Positions 1 through 19,911 of a stretch of 64,000 nucleotides of DNA are shown piece after piece. The notes below the pieces were generated by a model. That model did no database searches. It was given only the letters and a program-made list of their open reading frames with translations, and was not told the origin of the DNA. Location of the stretch: assembly GCF_009914755.1 (NCBI RefSeq), contig NC_060925.1. One strand, 5' to 3'. The position numbers were made by a program, and so were the translations under genes. The DNA is from the human T2T-CHM13v2.0 reference genome, Homo sapiens. Each line of letters opens with the position of its first letter. Positions within the stretch are counted from its first letter, which is position 1.

Positions 1-169
1 ACTGAGAATAGGATGCTGGAAGGAAATTGTCTGAGATGCCACTCTCCTGGTTTATTTACTACTGTCTTCCTCACTTTCAACTGTCAGCATTGAAGGATTG
101 TATTCCTCAGTTAGGTAAAAAATATGACCAATTTATCTGCTTTAATTAGTTAGAAATTAGAAATTTAGG

Positions 170-465
170 GGCCAGACACAGTGGCTCATGCCTGTAATCC
201 CAGCACTTTGGGAGGCCAAGCTGGGAGGATCACTTGAGGCCAGAGTTTGAGACCAGCCTGGGCAACATAACGAGATCCTATCTCCAGAAGCAAATTTTAA
301 AAATCAGCCAGGTGTAGTGGCATGCGCCTGTAGTCCCAACTACGAGGCAGCTGAGGCAGGATTATGGCTTGAGCCCAAGAGGTCGAGGCTACAGTGAGCT
401 ATGATCATATCACTGCGCTATATTCCAGCCTGGGTGACAGAGGGAGACACTGTCTCTACAAAAAA

Positions 466-511
<46 letters not shown>
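170..511 (+). mobile_element. Alu (J-like) with (AAAT)n tail
   Basis: Dimeric Alu; TSD AGAAATTTAGG at 159-169 and 512-522. Confidence 0.95.
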
Positions 512-512
<1 letters not shown>

Positions 513-561
513 GAAATTTAGGAAGTATATTCATCTCTACTGATTTTAAAGCAAAATTTAA

Positions 562-860
562 TTTTTTTTTTTTTTTTTTTGAGATAGGGTCTTGCTCTGT
601 CTCCCAGGCTGGAGTGCAGTGATGCAATCTCAGCTCACTGCAGCCTCAGCCTCCTGGGCTCAAGTGATCCTCCCACCTCAGCCTCCTGAGTACCTGGGAC
701 TACAGACAAGTGCCACCATGCCAGATTTTTTTTTTTTTTTTGTAAAGACAGAGTTTTGCCATGTTGCTCTGGCTGGTCTCAAACTCCTGGGCTCATGCAA
801 TCCACTCACCTTGTGCTCCCAAAGTGTTGGGATTACAGGTGTGAACTACCATGGCTGGCT
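562..860 (-). mobile_element. Alu (J-like)
   Basis: Poly-T followed by reverse-complement Alu body. Confidence 0.93.
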
Positions 861-892
861 GCTAAAAGTAATTTCTTTAACTCCTTTAAAAA

Positions 893-1327
893 TTTTTATT
901 TTATGTATTTACTTATGAGATGGGGACTCAGTTTGTTGACCAGACTGGCCTTGAACTCCTGGCCTCTAGCAATCCTCCTGCCTCAGCCTCTCAAGTAGCT
1001 GGGATTACAAGTGTATATACCACCACACCTAGATCAAACTTCTTTTTTTTTTTTTTGAGACAGGATCTTGCTGTGTTACCCAGGCTGGAGTACAGTGTCA
1101 GATGGCAGGATCTTGGCTTCCTGGGCTCAAGCAGTCCTCCTACCTCAGTCTCTCTGGTAGCTGTGCCTGCAGTCACATGCCACCATGCCTGGCTAATTTT
1201 TTATTTTTTGTAGAGATAGGGTTTCACTGTGTTCTCCAGGCTGGTATTAAACTCCTGGACTCCAGCAATCCTCCCACCTTGGCCTTCCAAAGTGCTGGGA
1301 TTATAGGCATGAGCCACTGCGCCCAGC
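893..1327 (-). mobile_element. Alu monomer (FLAM-like, ~893-1032) plus AluJ-like dimer (~1040-1327)
   Basis: Reverse-complement Alu motifs. Confidence 0.88.
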
Positions 1328-3019
1328 ATACGAACCCATTTTTAAGTTGTCAAACATACACAAAAGTAGAGAGAAGAGCACCGTGAACATCCACGTAGTC
1401 ATCACCCAGCTTCAGTAACCTTCAGCCTCATGCTTTTCTTGTTTTATATCTCCCCCATCTTTTTTTGCAAGAGTATTAGGTAAAAATTTCAGACATATCA
1501 TTTTACTCATAAATATTTAAGTATATATCTTAACACATAAGGACTTTAAAATCATAACCATAATATTGATATCAGACCCACTGAAATTAATATTCTAATA
1601 GTGGGTGCATTTTTAAAATTCAAATGAATATGAAACAACCAGAGTCCAAGTAAAGGAACTTATACCATGTTCTAATTTACCAAGTAGGGGATAGTTTGGC
1701 TTTTAACCCCAAATGTAGTGGGATTTTTTTTTGTTATTTTAGCCAGAAACATTTAAAAATCATCCCATCATTGTCCCCTCTTTTAAAACAGAGTAACAAA
1801 GTAAGCAGAGTGAATGCTCTTAATTTATAATTTTATTTTCAGGGTATTTTACAATATACTGTGGGTGATGGGAATGAATATGTGTCCAGCAAAACTTGAT
1901 ATTTTCTTATATGATGAATATTTCCCATTTTATTTAAAAGGCAAAGCTGATGGGATATTCTTTGCATTATATTCTGAAAATAAAAATCAGAATCCCTGCT
2001 GCTAATGGTGAGACTGATATTCTAATACCCTAGTTCTAAGCCTAGCTTTGAATGCTTTGAATAAGGGAAGTCATTCCTTATGACTTCCAATAGATAATGC
2101 TTTGTTTCACTGATCCTCTTTCAGGGATTTTCTTTGTGAGGCTTTTCAAGCTAAATAGAAGCCAGTACTTCTGAGCCAAATTAAACCTTGCTTCAGCCCT
2201 GGAAAGACTTGCATGTTTTTTTAAAAAGAGACTAGGGAAGAAACAGTTATTGTCATATGTTTTACTAGGCTATATTAGTCATCTCAGCCACGTAGTTCTA
2301 TTTTGCTCTTTGCCTAAAGGTATTAAAAATTTTAATTAATTTGTAAGCTGTAGCCATCTCAAGTTCAGTTATAAAATAAACTGATGGTACTTTAGATGTG
2401 CATTTACCACTTGCCATCGGTCTTCTGTGCACTAAAGAAAGCAAAAGATGACTTATATTTTATACCAGAGGTCTTTGTTAATATTTCACCTAAAAAAATT
2501 AAATATATTGCCTTTTATTACTTCCTGTTTGAACCTACAATCAAGTGGAGAAATACCATGTGAAAGATTGTACATGTTGGCTTCTCTGGTAGAAGACATT
2601 GTTTGCCTTCCATTTTGTACCTAGGGGTAGATTTTTGAGGCTTGCCTGCTTACCATTAAAATAAGATTTAAATTATAAAATTTCTTTAGACTGCTTTTTT
2701 GGTTTTTTTTTTTTTTTTTTTTTTTTGCCTGTCCAGTGAAGTTTTGAGCTATACTTGCTCAAAACACTGACTATACCTTGAGCTCTGAATGATAGATAAG
2801 CAGTTAGATAGTAAACAGAGTAGAATTGGTAAATTAGAAAGGACCCAGAGGAATCATCTGGTACTTTTCCTTCATATAGGATGAAGGAAACCGCTCCAGG
2901 AAGTGATCCTTTTCTCTAAGGTTTTCAAAGAGGGATGTTTATTCATTTATTTAATACTTCTTTGTTTTTTTTTTTTTAAAAGAAGAATGCTGAGCCTGAT
3001 GCTGTGTTTAACTCTCTCC

Positions 3020-3770
3020 TTAGTCACCCTCAGCCTGGAATAGTTTCTCAGTCTTTGACTTTTATAATGTTGATACTTTTGAAGATGACAAGCTAGTTAT
3101 TTAGTAGAATGTTTCTCCATTTGAGTTTGTCTGGTGGTTCCTTAAGATTAGATTTAGGATATGTATCATGAGCAAGAATATTATAGAAGTGATGCTGTTT
3201 TTCTCATCCCATTCATTCTATCAGATGGAGTATGATTTTAATTTGTCTCATTGGCTGGTGATGCTTACTCTGATCATTTGACCAAGGTGATTTCTGCAAG
3301 GTTCTTTATGTAAAGTTGCTCTATTCCCCTTCCTGACAAATAAGAATTTTGTGGCGAAGTACTTTGAAATTATATAAATATCCAATTCCTAATAAAACTT
3401 TCAATTTATTTCATTTATATATAGAATCATGATTTCCTGTTTATTCAGTATTATATCTTATTCTACCATTATTTATTTTAATGCTGAAATTATCCCCTAC
3501 TTGGCCACTGGGAGCTCCTTCAGGATGGCTTTTGTGTCCTTTTGACATGTTTCCATTATTCTTCAAGCGTAACTTGCTTTTGGAAAAGCAAGATATTCCA
3601 GGCTCTTTTTGTACTTTGCTGGCACTAGCCCTAGAATCAGGTATTTCTCCAAGTAGCCCTGGTTCTTTTTGGTAGACACTGATATATAGCAACCAAGATC
3701 TGTGCAGTAGATTTGCTCATTGTTTCTGGATATGTATTGTTGCTTCTATATCTTCTCAGCAGACAGAACT
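3020..3770 (-). mobile_element. Old L1 3' fragment (L1MC-like); a related piece at ~1335-1590
   Basis: Degenerate match to L1MC4/5-type 3' sequence (ttttgaag...tagaatgt...ttgagtttgtctg...gattagatt). Confidence 0.6.
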
Positions 3771-3778
3771 AGGGACTA

Positions 3779-3875
3779 AACACACACACACTTACATACA
3801 TACATGCATACATACATACATACATACATTTATACATACATACATACATACATACAAACATACATACATTTATAT
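3779..3875. repeat. (CA)n/(CATA)n microsatellite
   Basis: Seen directly. Confidence 0.95.
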
Positions 3876-4249
3876 GCATTTGCACCTGTATTTCTTCAAC
3901 CCCACAGAGCTCATTCTAGTTTTTCATCTTTCTGGATCCTGAACTTCCTGATAAATCCCCCAGTATTTGCCAAGTAGCCACCTCTTTAATTGTGTGGTTA
4001 CCCTCTTCACCCTGTTAAAATGCTGCATGCCAGATTGCACCCTTCCATGGATGCCTTTCTGACATTCTGCTTGGGCTCCAACACATCTGTGTCAGGCTGC
4101 CACTCTTCATAAATGCCCTTATTACGATGCTTGGGCCAGGTCTCCCCAAGCACATGAAAAACTGCACTGTTTTCGTGGGTTTGGATACCAAAGAAAATTG
4201 AATGACTGAAAAGTACTGAAGAGTTTACCTTAAAGGGAGGAAACTAGAG

Positions 4250-4434
4250 CAGAAGTTCTCCAAATGTGATCTCTAGACTCAGAACATCAGCACCCCCTGG
4301 GAACTTCTTGGAAATGCAGATTCTTAGGCTCCATCTCAGATCTGAATCAGAAACTCTGGTTATGGGGCCCAGCAATTTGTGCTTTAACAAGCTTTCTAGG
4401 GAATTCTGGCACATACTAGTGTTTGAGACCCTCT
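4250..4434. mobile_element. MER5A hAT-Charlie DNA transposon
   Basis: catcagc...gggaactt...gaaatgcagattct...ctgaatcagaaactctgg...gggcccagcaat...tttaacaagc. Confidence 0.85.
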
Positions 4435-4710
4435 ATCCAAAGGAGAGATAGAGTCTCAACTTAGTATTCTATCCTGCATCTAGGTTATCTCTGGCATAAT
4501 GAAGACTCCCTGGTTGTCAAGGTCTTGGTACAATTTTTTAGGGCTTTGGAGCCATCCTAGAAATGAAGTCCTCCCATATGGATCAAGACTGGAATAATTA
4601 TCCAGTTCAACCCACCATCCGTGGAAAACCCAATCCTCTAGGGAAAATCAAGGAATTATACTCGAATTAAACTGTGCTTTGTCTTTTTGGTATAGAAACA
4701 TTTTAATTAA

Positions 4711-5097
<387 letters not shown>

Positions 5098-5216
5098 CGA
5101 AAGTTGTACAGTTTTTACTTATTTTAAGCTCACATCTGATGTAAGAATGTACAGTTAATGAACTGTTACTCTCCCGTACTGGCTGTGTTTTCTACAGTAT
5201 CAAAAATATACTTCAA

Positions 5217-5502
5217 GGCCAGGCATGGTGGCTCGCGTGTGTAATCCCAGCACTTTGGGAGGCTGAGGCAGGTGGATCAGTTGCTTGAGCCCAGGAGTTT
5301 GAGACCAGTTGGGCAGCACAGCAAAACCTCATCTCCCCAAAAAAATACAAAAAATAGCTGCTAGTGGTGGCATGCACCTGTGGTCCCAGCTACTCAGGAG
5401 GGTAAGATGGTAGAATGGCTTGAGCCCAGGAGGTCATGCCTTCAGTAAACTGAGATAATACCACTGCACGCCAGCCTAGGCACCAGAGTGATACCCTATC
5501 TC
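5217..5502 (+). mobile_element. Alu (J-like), A tail replaced by TA/TG low-complexity sequence
   Basis: Alu body. Confidence 0.9.
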
Positions 5503-6374
5503 ATTCATATATGTGTGTGTGTATGTGTGTGTATACACATATATATGCTTCACAAATTTTACTTATATATAGACATAGAGGCTTACATTTCAGGTAAATA
5601 AGATAGGCTCCGTATAAAGCAATTTGAGAATAAGAAAGTTTTATCTCTTTTTCTTGAGTGGCATGAAAAGATAAACAAAATACTTTATTTACAGTAGAGA
5701 ACACAGCATATTCAAATTCAGTATTGTGACCTTCACCTCAACTGGATTAGCCAGGTAGTATGTTACTTGCTTAGATTCCTGGGTCAGATGTGTCCTGTAT
5801 CCTTTAGCTTTTCTGTCAGCAAAAAGGGATAATTAGGACACAGAACCTGAATTTTAAAATGGTTTCAGTTTAAATTAAAGATTCCCTTGAATTAAAGCTG
5901 ATTCCCTTCTTAAAGGTGATTGATATTTATGATTTTTCATTGTCTTTGTTCTCAAGGAGACTTTTATTGTCTTACTGCAAAATTTTTGTAAATATCTTTG
6001 AGTTCTGTTTTTTCTGAGTTTATGTGATTAAGGTTTTGAGAATATCTAGATATAGTACTTCTGACTTTTTCCAGACAAGAAACAAGACATATAAACATAT
6101 ACCCACTCACATTTACAAAGCCTAGGAGATGAAGTTTCACGTAATATGGACTTTGGCTTAATTTTGTCTCGTTCTTATAAATAATCCTTTGAAAATGTGT
6201 CTCAGAAAATCATTAACACTGAAAAAGGAAATATGAAAGACTTAGAATTCTGAAAATTATAACATAGTAGACTTTTTAATTTATTATCATTTGTGATTTC
6301 AACATTTTTGTGGGATTACCTTAAGAGCCATGACACTGTAACACTTTGTAATTTTGTAAAAGTCCTGATTGTCA

Positions 6375-7323
<949 letters not shown>

Positions 7324-7682
7324 CATTGAAGCATTCTTTGAATTGGCAGATATATGTTTTGAACCTAAATGACTGGACACCTTATAGAGACAACAAAGTG
7401 CTCCCTAACACTAACTTAATCAAGATGTTAGCCAGTAAATATTTGCTTATGAAAAGATGAAACTTTACTAAGAATTAGAAAGTAGCAGAGCTTATTACTT
7501 TGATCCCATGTTTATATAAATCACTTTCTTTTTTTAATTATTAATTTGCATTTTATAGCTTCAATTATATAATTACATGTTACACTATAAGTGACATTTG
7601 AAAAAATTGTCTTAGGACAACTGTCATATACATCAAGGTCTGTAGTGAGAATGAGGAAGGACCATAATTTTTATAAGATTAA

Positions 7683-8711
<1,029 letters not shown>

Positions 8712-8814
8712 TGGTGCTGGTTGATAAGTAGGTTCTCAACATGTGCTTCTTGAAATAAACAGAATCAGACTATACTAAAATCCACAGTGAAAAACCAGAG
8801 GTCCTAACTTGGAG

Positions 8815-8844
8815 CTCCTCCAGTTTGTTCTCCTCCAGTTTGTT
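8815..8844. repeat. Perfect 15-bp tandem duplication CTCCTCCAGTTTGTT x2
   Basis: Seen directly. Confidence 0.9.
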
Positions 8845-8989
8845 CTTGTCTTGGAAATATCACCTTAGAGATTTTGGTAAGAATAAGAAGACTGGCCCCA
8901 AAGGTCTGTTAGAATACTTCCCCCTTATCCTTTTAGTTAATACTCTTGACACCATTTTGTTGAATCACATTAGAAAATGTTCAGGTTTT

Positions 8990-9301
<312 letters not shown>

Positions 9302-9382
9302 TTATATTTGCCTGATGCATGTGTGAGTAGAAGCCAACTTAGAGTGAAGAATTTGGGATAGCAACCTCTCCAAAAACAATGA

Positions 9383-9815
<433 letters not shown>

Positions 9816-11078
9816 CATTTCAGGTTATTAATGAGGATATTTCCCTTGAGCTAAAAGCATATAACACAGATTTCCATCTATAAATAATTTTACATATGTA
9901 TTCCAAAGCCCTTGGATGTAGAGGGGAAATGGGTAATATTTAGCAAATTCCAGCCTGTCCTTTTCAATTACTAAAGAAATACAGGTATACCTCACTACTT
10001 GAATTCAGGTGATTTGGATAGCAATACTGTATGTCTGTAGATTTCTCTGCTAAGGCTTATGTCTAGATTTTACCACATTCACCAGGCTTAGTGTTCCCAC
10101 CCTGTGGGTAGCTGACATCTTCACATAGTTTCTTGTAATAAAATATAATTAAATAGTGTTTAAATGTTAAATTAGATTCTTCCTCCCTCTCTTTCCCTTT
10201 CTCCATCCATCCTCAGTTTAATTAGTTACCCAGTACTTTTTCCACACCCACCATTTGGAGGAAGTTTGTGACAGAGTGAGTTGATGAGGGTACTTTTGAT
10301 TTCACTGTGTTTCCTATTGCAGTCATTCTCTGAAAAATGATCAAAGACATTGGAATTATGAAAGACAGCAACAGACTCGGCTTCAGAAGATCCCATTGAG
10401 TGTTTTTCCTTGCGCTAGTTATATAGTCAGTTTCCCCCTTGTAAATTATTACAGTGGGGGATTTATTAGGGAAAACATCATTTAAAAATTTTAACGGCCG
10501 TGATAAACTGTCATTTGCAGTTCTCAGCTGACAGTCAAACAGCTGCAATCTGTTAGTGAGCTTTTACTTTCAGCTGCCAGAGGTCTTTCAACTCCTGTTC
10601 CCCTGGAAATGAGGAGGGCTGGGCTGGACGCATAGAAGGGAAGTGAGGGTTGAAATACACATTTTCCCATACCATATTTTTCATGCCTCCCCACAGTTTC
10701 CATAGAAATGGGAACATAAATAACACCCCACCCCAGACTTTGAAGAGCAATCGTTTATGTGTAAACTGCAGTAGATGGACCTTAAAGAGGCACACAAAAT
10801 AAGCTAATCTTAGGGTCTTTCCTTTACTTGTGTTTGGCCAAGCCTAATTTCAGATAGATTCTCATTTGATTTACTCTGTACTTAAAAAATGATTCGATTT
10901 TTTTAAATCAATTTTTAGAAAGTTTGATATTACCTTTTTTTCTGAAATGAGAATTATCTTGAACATACTTTGATTGATAGGTATATATCTGTTGTTTATG
11001 TGTTAAAAATCTAGCAAGCTTGGTGTTCTAACTTTCCTCTCATGTTTGTTCTATCCAAGATTAAAGAAATGAATTTTG

Positions 11079-11375
11079 GGCCAGGTGTAGTGGCTCATGC
11101 CTGTAATCCCAGCACTTTGGGAGACTGAGGCAGGCAAATCACTTCAGATGAGGAATTTGAGACCAGCCTGGCCAACATGGCGAAACCCCGTCTCTACTAA
11201 AAAAGTACAAAAATTAGCTGGGTGTGGTGGTGCGTGCCTGTTACCATCTACTTGGGAGGCTGAGGCAGAAGAATTGCTTGAACCCAAGAAGCGGAGGTTG
11301 CAGTAAGCTGAGATTGCGCCAGCCTGGGTGATACAGCGAGACTCTGTCTCACAAAAAAAAAAAAAAAGAAAAAAA
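11079..11375 (+). mobile_element. AluS
   Basis: TSD aaagaaatga(a/g)ttttg. Confidence 0.93.
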
Positions 11376-12050
11376 GAAATGAGTTTTGATTTAGGGAATG
11401 CTCCAATTGCATAGTATAAAAGGTCTTCTCAAATAGTCTTATTCTTATGCATTATTTTAGAAATTGCCCCACAGAACAGAGGTAATTATTGGCTCTGTCA
11501 AACATATCAGAGAAAACTTCCAAATTTAATTGGTTATCACAATTTTCTCATTTAGGTAACAAGAATATCCTATGTTAAATGCATTTCTATGTTTTTCCAC
11601 TTATCAGCTCTGTGTCATCACATATTTCCTGTAACACCCGTACTTGAGGAAAATGTATGGGCATAGTCTTTATCTGTTTCTTTTATTCCAACATTTAACT
11701 AATTAACAAATTCCATTTGAATCATGAGACAGTAAGAATATGTGTAATTGAGTAAATCTGCTTTAGGCATCTACTAAGTATTCAGCTTTATGTTAGGTTG
11801 CAGTAGATACCAACTGTAAGTAAGGCAGAATTTTTTCCTTAAGGCATCCCAATGGAGTTTGGAAAATTCATACCCCAGGAATAGCTCATAACAGCCATAT
11901 GTGATTATTACATGAGTGACATAGACTGATTCCCATGACTAGGAAAACTTGTTTCCTTTCCCTTTCTACTGTCACCTTTTTCACAAAGTCCCTTTCTCCT
12001 GATTTATTTTCATAACTTCCTAAATGTCCTTTCAATTGCTACCTTTCTCC

Positions 12051-12381
12051 TTTTGTTTGTTTGTTTGTTTCTTTTTTTTTTTTTTCTGAGACAGGATCCT
12101 GCTCTGTCACCCAGGCTGGAATGCAGTTGCACGATCAATCATAGCTCACTGCAACCTCAAACTTATGGGCTTAAGGGATTCTTCTGCCTCAGCCTCTGGA
12201 GTAGCTGGGACTACAGGCACATACCACTGACCATGCCTGGCTAATTTTTTTTTAAAATTTTTTGTAGAGATGGGGTCTCGCTTTGTTGCCCAGGCTGGTC
12301 TTGAACTCTTGAGCTCAAGTGATCCTTTCATCTCAGCCTCCCAAAATACTAGAATCACAAGCGTGAGCCACTGCACCTAAC
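12051..12381 (-). mobile_element. AluJ-like
   Basis: Reverse-complement dimer. Confidence 0.92.
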
Positions 12382-14254
12382 CCTTTCTTCTTTTCTTTAT
12401 CTTCCCTTCTACTTTAGCATATACATGATTTCCAGATTCATATTTGTAAAACCAGTCTTGATCCTTTTACTATTTTAAAACCTCAGTGATCTCTTCACAT
12501 CATTGTGACAAGATTTTTCTTTTAAAAGACAGTTCTAACGTCAGATATTCTGCCTCATAAGCCTGGCTACCAAAACAATCCAAAAACTTTTATTATTTTA
12601 GGTTCTTTCATATTCCAAATTGCTTCTCATATCCAGAATGGATGCAAACATCTGTTAAGACCATCTGCCTGGTTTTTATTTCAGAAAATATGGTCACTGA
12701 GCTAGCAACTACCAAAATAGGTTCATGCTTTCAGCGATTGGCAGCAACCTAGACAGTCTTCATTCTGGCTTCAGTGTATTCCTTCCGGCCTGCTCTGCAG
12801 GTACCTTATGCCAGGTCATCTAGCTCCTCACCCAAACAGAACTGCTTAGCACATTCAGTAGGCCCACATTTTGTAGCTCCATGCCTTTGCTTACAGAAGT
12901 TTCCTTTAGGTATGAGGAAAGATAGAAGCAATAACAAGTTGTTCCTTCCATCTGGAACTTCTTGTCCCTCCCTATACCCCTCTCATAGCCCTATCCTACT
13001 GTAATACAATCTGTAATTTACATTAAAACACCCCAGTCTACACAGCGTGTTAGTTAGTCTACACCTTGGATGTGAGTGATTAACATTTGAAACACTGATA
13101 AGGGAATACATAGTGTAAGGGTAGTTGTTTGGCATTGGAAATACCCTAATGAGGAGATAACTACTGTAAATTTAACCTGCTTATCTTTAAATCTACACCA
13201 GAGAGTTTTCTAGTTAGCATAAAGGATGTCAGAAATAATTTCAAATTGGATTGATTAGAAATACCATACAGGTTCCTCTGGCACATGAATTGCTCATAAG
13301 ATTCTGGCAAGCCAGGTAGCCTAATGCCTGCACAGTGTCACCCGAGGCAGAGCACTGTTCGGGCCTGTTGACTATCACCTAACAGAAGATGCTTCCTACC
13401 TGGTAGAAAGGTAGTGAGGAGACCTATGGCCATGCCTGTCTTCAGTCTTTGGAGGCACTGATATATACCCTCCTCCTCCCCCACCAAAACGAAACAAAAC
13501 AAAACAAAACAAAACCCTGACACTTCGGAATGGTCAATAGCAAAACCTCCCTCCAGGACGATGCTTACATGCTATCTCTTCCTTAAAGTCTATCCTAAAT
13601 TTCCTGATGGATTTGTGAACTCATTCTCCTCTACACCATCATAGAATGAGGCTTATATTTCTGTTATGGCATTAATAAAATTTTAAAATTTATTGTAAGT
13701 TTCTTGATGAAAGGACTGTGTCATAACTTTCTTTGTATCCCACATAGCATGTGGCATAGTGTCTTGTACACAGTAGATATTTATTATAATGAGCACATGC
13801 ATGTACTTACCAATTCTGTAAGGAACAGATCCAGCTTTGGGTCATAGGGACACTGGGAGCCAATGTGTGAGTTCTTAGAGTTCCATTAATTCACTGTTCA
13901 TAGTTCTAAGGGAGTCAGGAGTAATTGTCCATAACTACATGGCTCTAGTTAGCCATTAGTGCAAAGACACACTGGGACTGATGTCAACAGCAGAGGAAAG
14001 TAGTGCTGTCTATGTTGTCTTCTTTCAGAAACTCATACCTAAATGTATTTCATACTGCTGTTCGGCCAAATCTGGCTCTAGATAATAAAGAAGGACAAAT
14101 ATTTAGGGCAGTTATTTCTCTTGTTCTATATTTCCTAGCCAATTTGAAGCAGTATATATAACTAACCAAGTACACCAGGAGAAAAGTAAAGGAGGTGCAA
14201 TTATAGCACACAGATTTAAAAAACAAAGCAAAATAAAACATTTAATGTTAGTAA

Positions 14255-14500
14255 GATGATAGTATAGTATAATAGTTCAAAGCAAGGATATTAAACCCAG
14301 ACTGCCTGGGTTCAAATTAATCCCCACTTTACTAGCTGTGTGGCCTTGGGCAAGCTATTTAACCTTTCTGTGCCTTTGTTCTTCTTCTGTAAAATGAAGA
14401 TGATAGAACAGCACCTACTTCAGAGATGTGAGGCTAAAATGAATTCATACATGTAAAGCATATAGCACTCAGTGCCTGGCACATAGGAAGTGCTGGATGT
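14255..14500 (+). mobile_element. MIR
   Basis: cagactgcctgggttcaa...tgtggccttgggcaag...ctgtaaaatg...gtgcctggcacatag. Confidence 0.85.
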
Positions 14501-14839
14501 GTTTGCTGTTCCTGCAGTGATATGGTTAAATCATAGCTCCAAAGGCAGAAGTATGCTAATTTCAGTCAGTGTGCAGTCCTTCTGTCTGTGTGCTTTGCAG
14601 TTCTCCGCCTCCAACTGAGTAATCTTAATGCCTTGAAGCCCCCAAATATTGGTGCTTATACCTTTCTTGTGGAACCTGTCACATTCTACCCTAAATTATA
14701 TAATTATTTGTAAGCTCCTTAAAAGCAGAAACTATCTTCTTTGTCTTCCTCTCAGCACCCAGCAGAATGATTACATAACAGCCTTGCTTACACAATAGCT
14801 CTTTGCTAACTATTTGGGGAAACTATGAACCTCTGTGAG

Positions 14840-15758
<919 letters not shown>

Positions 15759-15783
15759 ATCATTTTTAGAAATGCCAAGTTGT

Positions 15784-16461
<678 letters not shown>

Positions 16462-18094
16462 GTCAGTGCAATCTTCATGCAATTTAATATTGCTAGTGAT
16501 GACTTTTAACCAGTTCTACTTACTGTCTTTATAGATGGATGAATACAGTAAAATTCCCCATTTTTCTTTTCCACTGTTTGTTCTTCTCATATAATCTGGT
16601 ATAGTAAAGTTGAATCTCTCTAAAGTCAGATTTACTCAGGTTGTCTTATACATTAGTTTCAAATTAAATTTCTTAGAGCATAAATGTCTACAGCCTTCTG
16701 TCTCTTGTATTTTTAGCAAGCGACATGTATTTACTTTTGATCTAATTGCCAGCGACAATTGACATAAAAGTAATGCTTCAGGTTTCTTAGCATTTTATGG
16801 TGGAAAGGCCAGTACTATGATAATGAAGTTAACACTTGATAATAATAGAGAACAGTGTCCTACTTGGTTTTCCCATCATTCTTTCTCTCCTCTCTTATTG
16901 TCTGTGTTCAAATAGTTTAATTAACTCACTCTGAATGCACAGCTGTATCAGCTTTCTGTGGTCCAATTTTGGAACTATATCTGTTTATTCTACTCCCTGG
17001 AATCACACCAATACAATTCAACATGTAACCAGATTTAATGCTTGCCATCTTACTGTCTCAATTTTTAGTGCTTGGTAGTCATTCCATTACTCTCCAAATA
17101 CTGTACTAAAATTTTTAAGTGATAAATTTCTAACCAAAAACTTATTTACAAATGGATTTCTACTTGAGATTTACAATGGATTTTGAGCACCTCCCCCAAA
17201 AGAAATAAAAAACATCCAACATGGTATACTAACTTGATATTATTGCTTCTTAATTTTTGCAAAGAGGAAAAGAATCAGAATTTGCATAATTTAGCCCCAC
17301 ATTGAGAATAATCAATACAGTGAGAGAAGAATTTTTATTGCTTAAAAGAAAAACAGGCTAAATGTCCTTTTTTTTTTTCCTTCAAGTGTAAGGAATCTGA
17401 GAAAAACAGATTTTAAAACCAATAGAAGGAATGGTTATGATCCAGCAGCAACTGCTGCATGTGGGTGAAGAAAAGAACCCAGCATTATTTGTACAAATCC
17501 ATAAGGGATGCAGTGGGAACAGAAAGAAACAAGGAAGTATAGGAAATAGAGAAGAAGGGCACTCAGTGAAGATGTAGGCCTCAAAAAATGTTCCATCTAA
17601 GCACTGACTGATTCCAGTACCTTAAGGTGATCTGCTTTAAGCTATAAATCTTCTGAGTGGTTTATGCTCTCAATGCTTTTTTTTCAGAAGGCTGTGAGAG
17701 GAGGAAAAATATATTATTTTCAGTCTGCCCCCTCTTAAGACTTTATGGAATTTTAAGCAGGCTTCTCCTAGAGTTAAATTCCTGATTCAACCACCCCAGA
17801 GTCTATTTGGCTATCTGTCTCTCTCTCTCTCTCTTTTTTTTTTTTCCTAGCTTGCCCAGAAAGATTAAAGTAAAGGTATTCTTTCTTTTTCTTTTTTCTT
17901 TTTAATCTCCTACGTTATGCCTGGTAATGTGGCAGATATCTTAGGTTCATTACCTCTCAGTTATGCATTAACAGCACCTCCATCCTTGAGCTGATTAGCT
18001 CAGTTAACTGCTGCAGGCTACTGACGAGGCTTATCAAAGGTCCTAGGTTTGAGAGCTATGCATGTTGGCTAGATGACAGGCAATGTAGATGATA

Positions 18095-18850
<756 letters not shown>

Positions 18851-18997
18851 AAAGGAGATGGTCATCGTAGTTGTTTGTGTTACCCTATTACAAAACATAA
18901 ACAATTCAAGTTCTGAGTAAGAGGTTTAAGTAAATTGCTCATAAAATTATATAGCTAGTATTTGGCAGAGAAAGTTTTTAAATGCAAGCGTGTTTAA

Positions 18998-19606
<609 letters not shown>

Positions 19607-19911
19607 TAAAACTTGATTTTATTCTTATATCCAAGCTGCTTATATAAATAGATTCTTGAAATATTTTGGGACACTAAAATAGTCCTTCCTGATCTTACAA
19701 ATTTCTTCTCTCCTAAAATTTATGTATAAATTGGTTGTTTGAAACTCAGAATGGATATTCCCTTAGGAAGTGGTGGTTGTGTTCTCAGGCCAATTCATAA
19801 AAGCTTCTCTAGCCTGTCTCTTCTCCCTTTCTAGTGCTTAATGTTTAGTTCAGTGGTTTTCAGATGGACAGTATATCAAAACTGCCTGAGTAGCTTTGTA
19901 AAGATAAAGGT

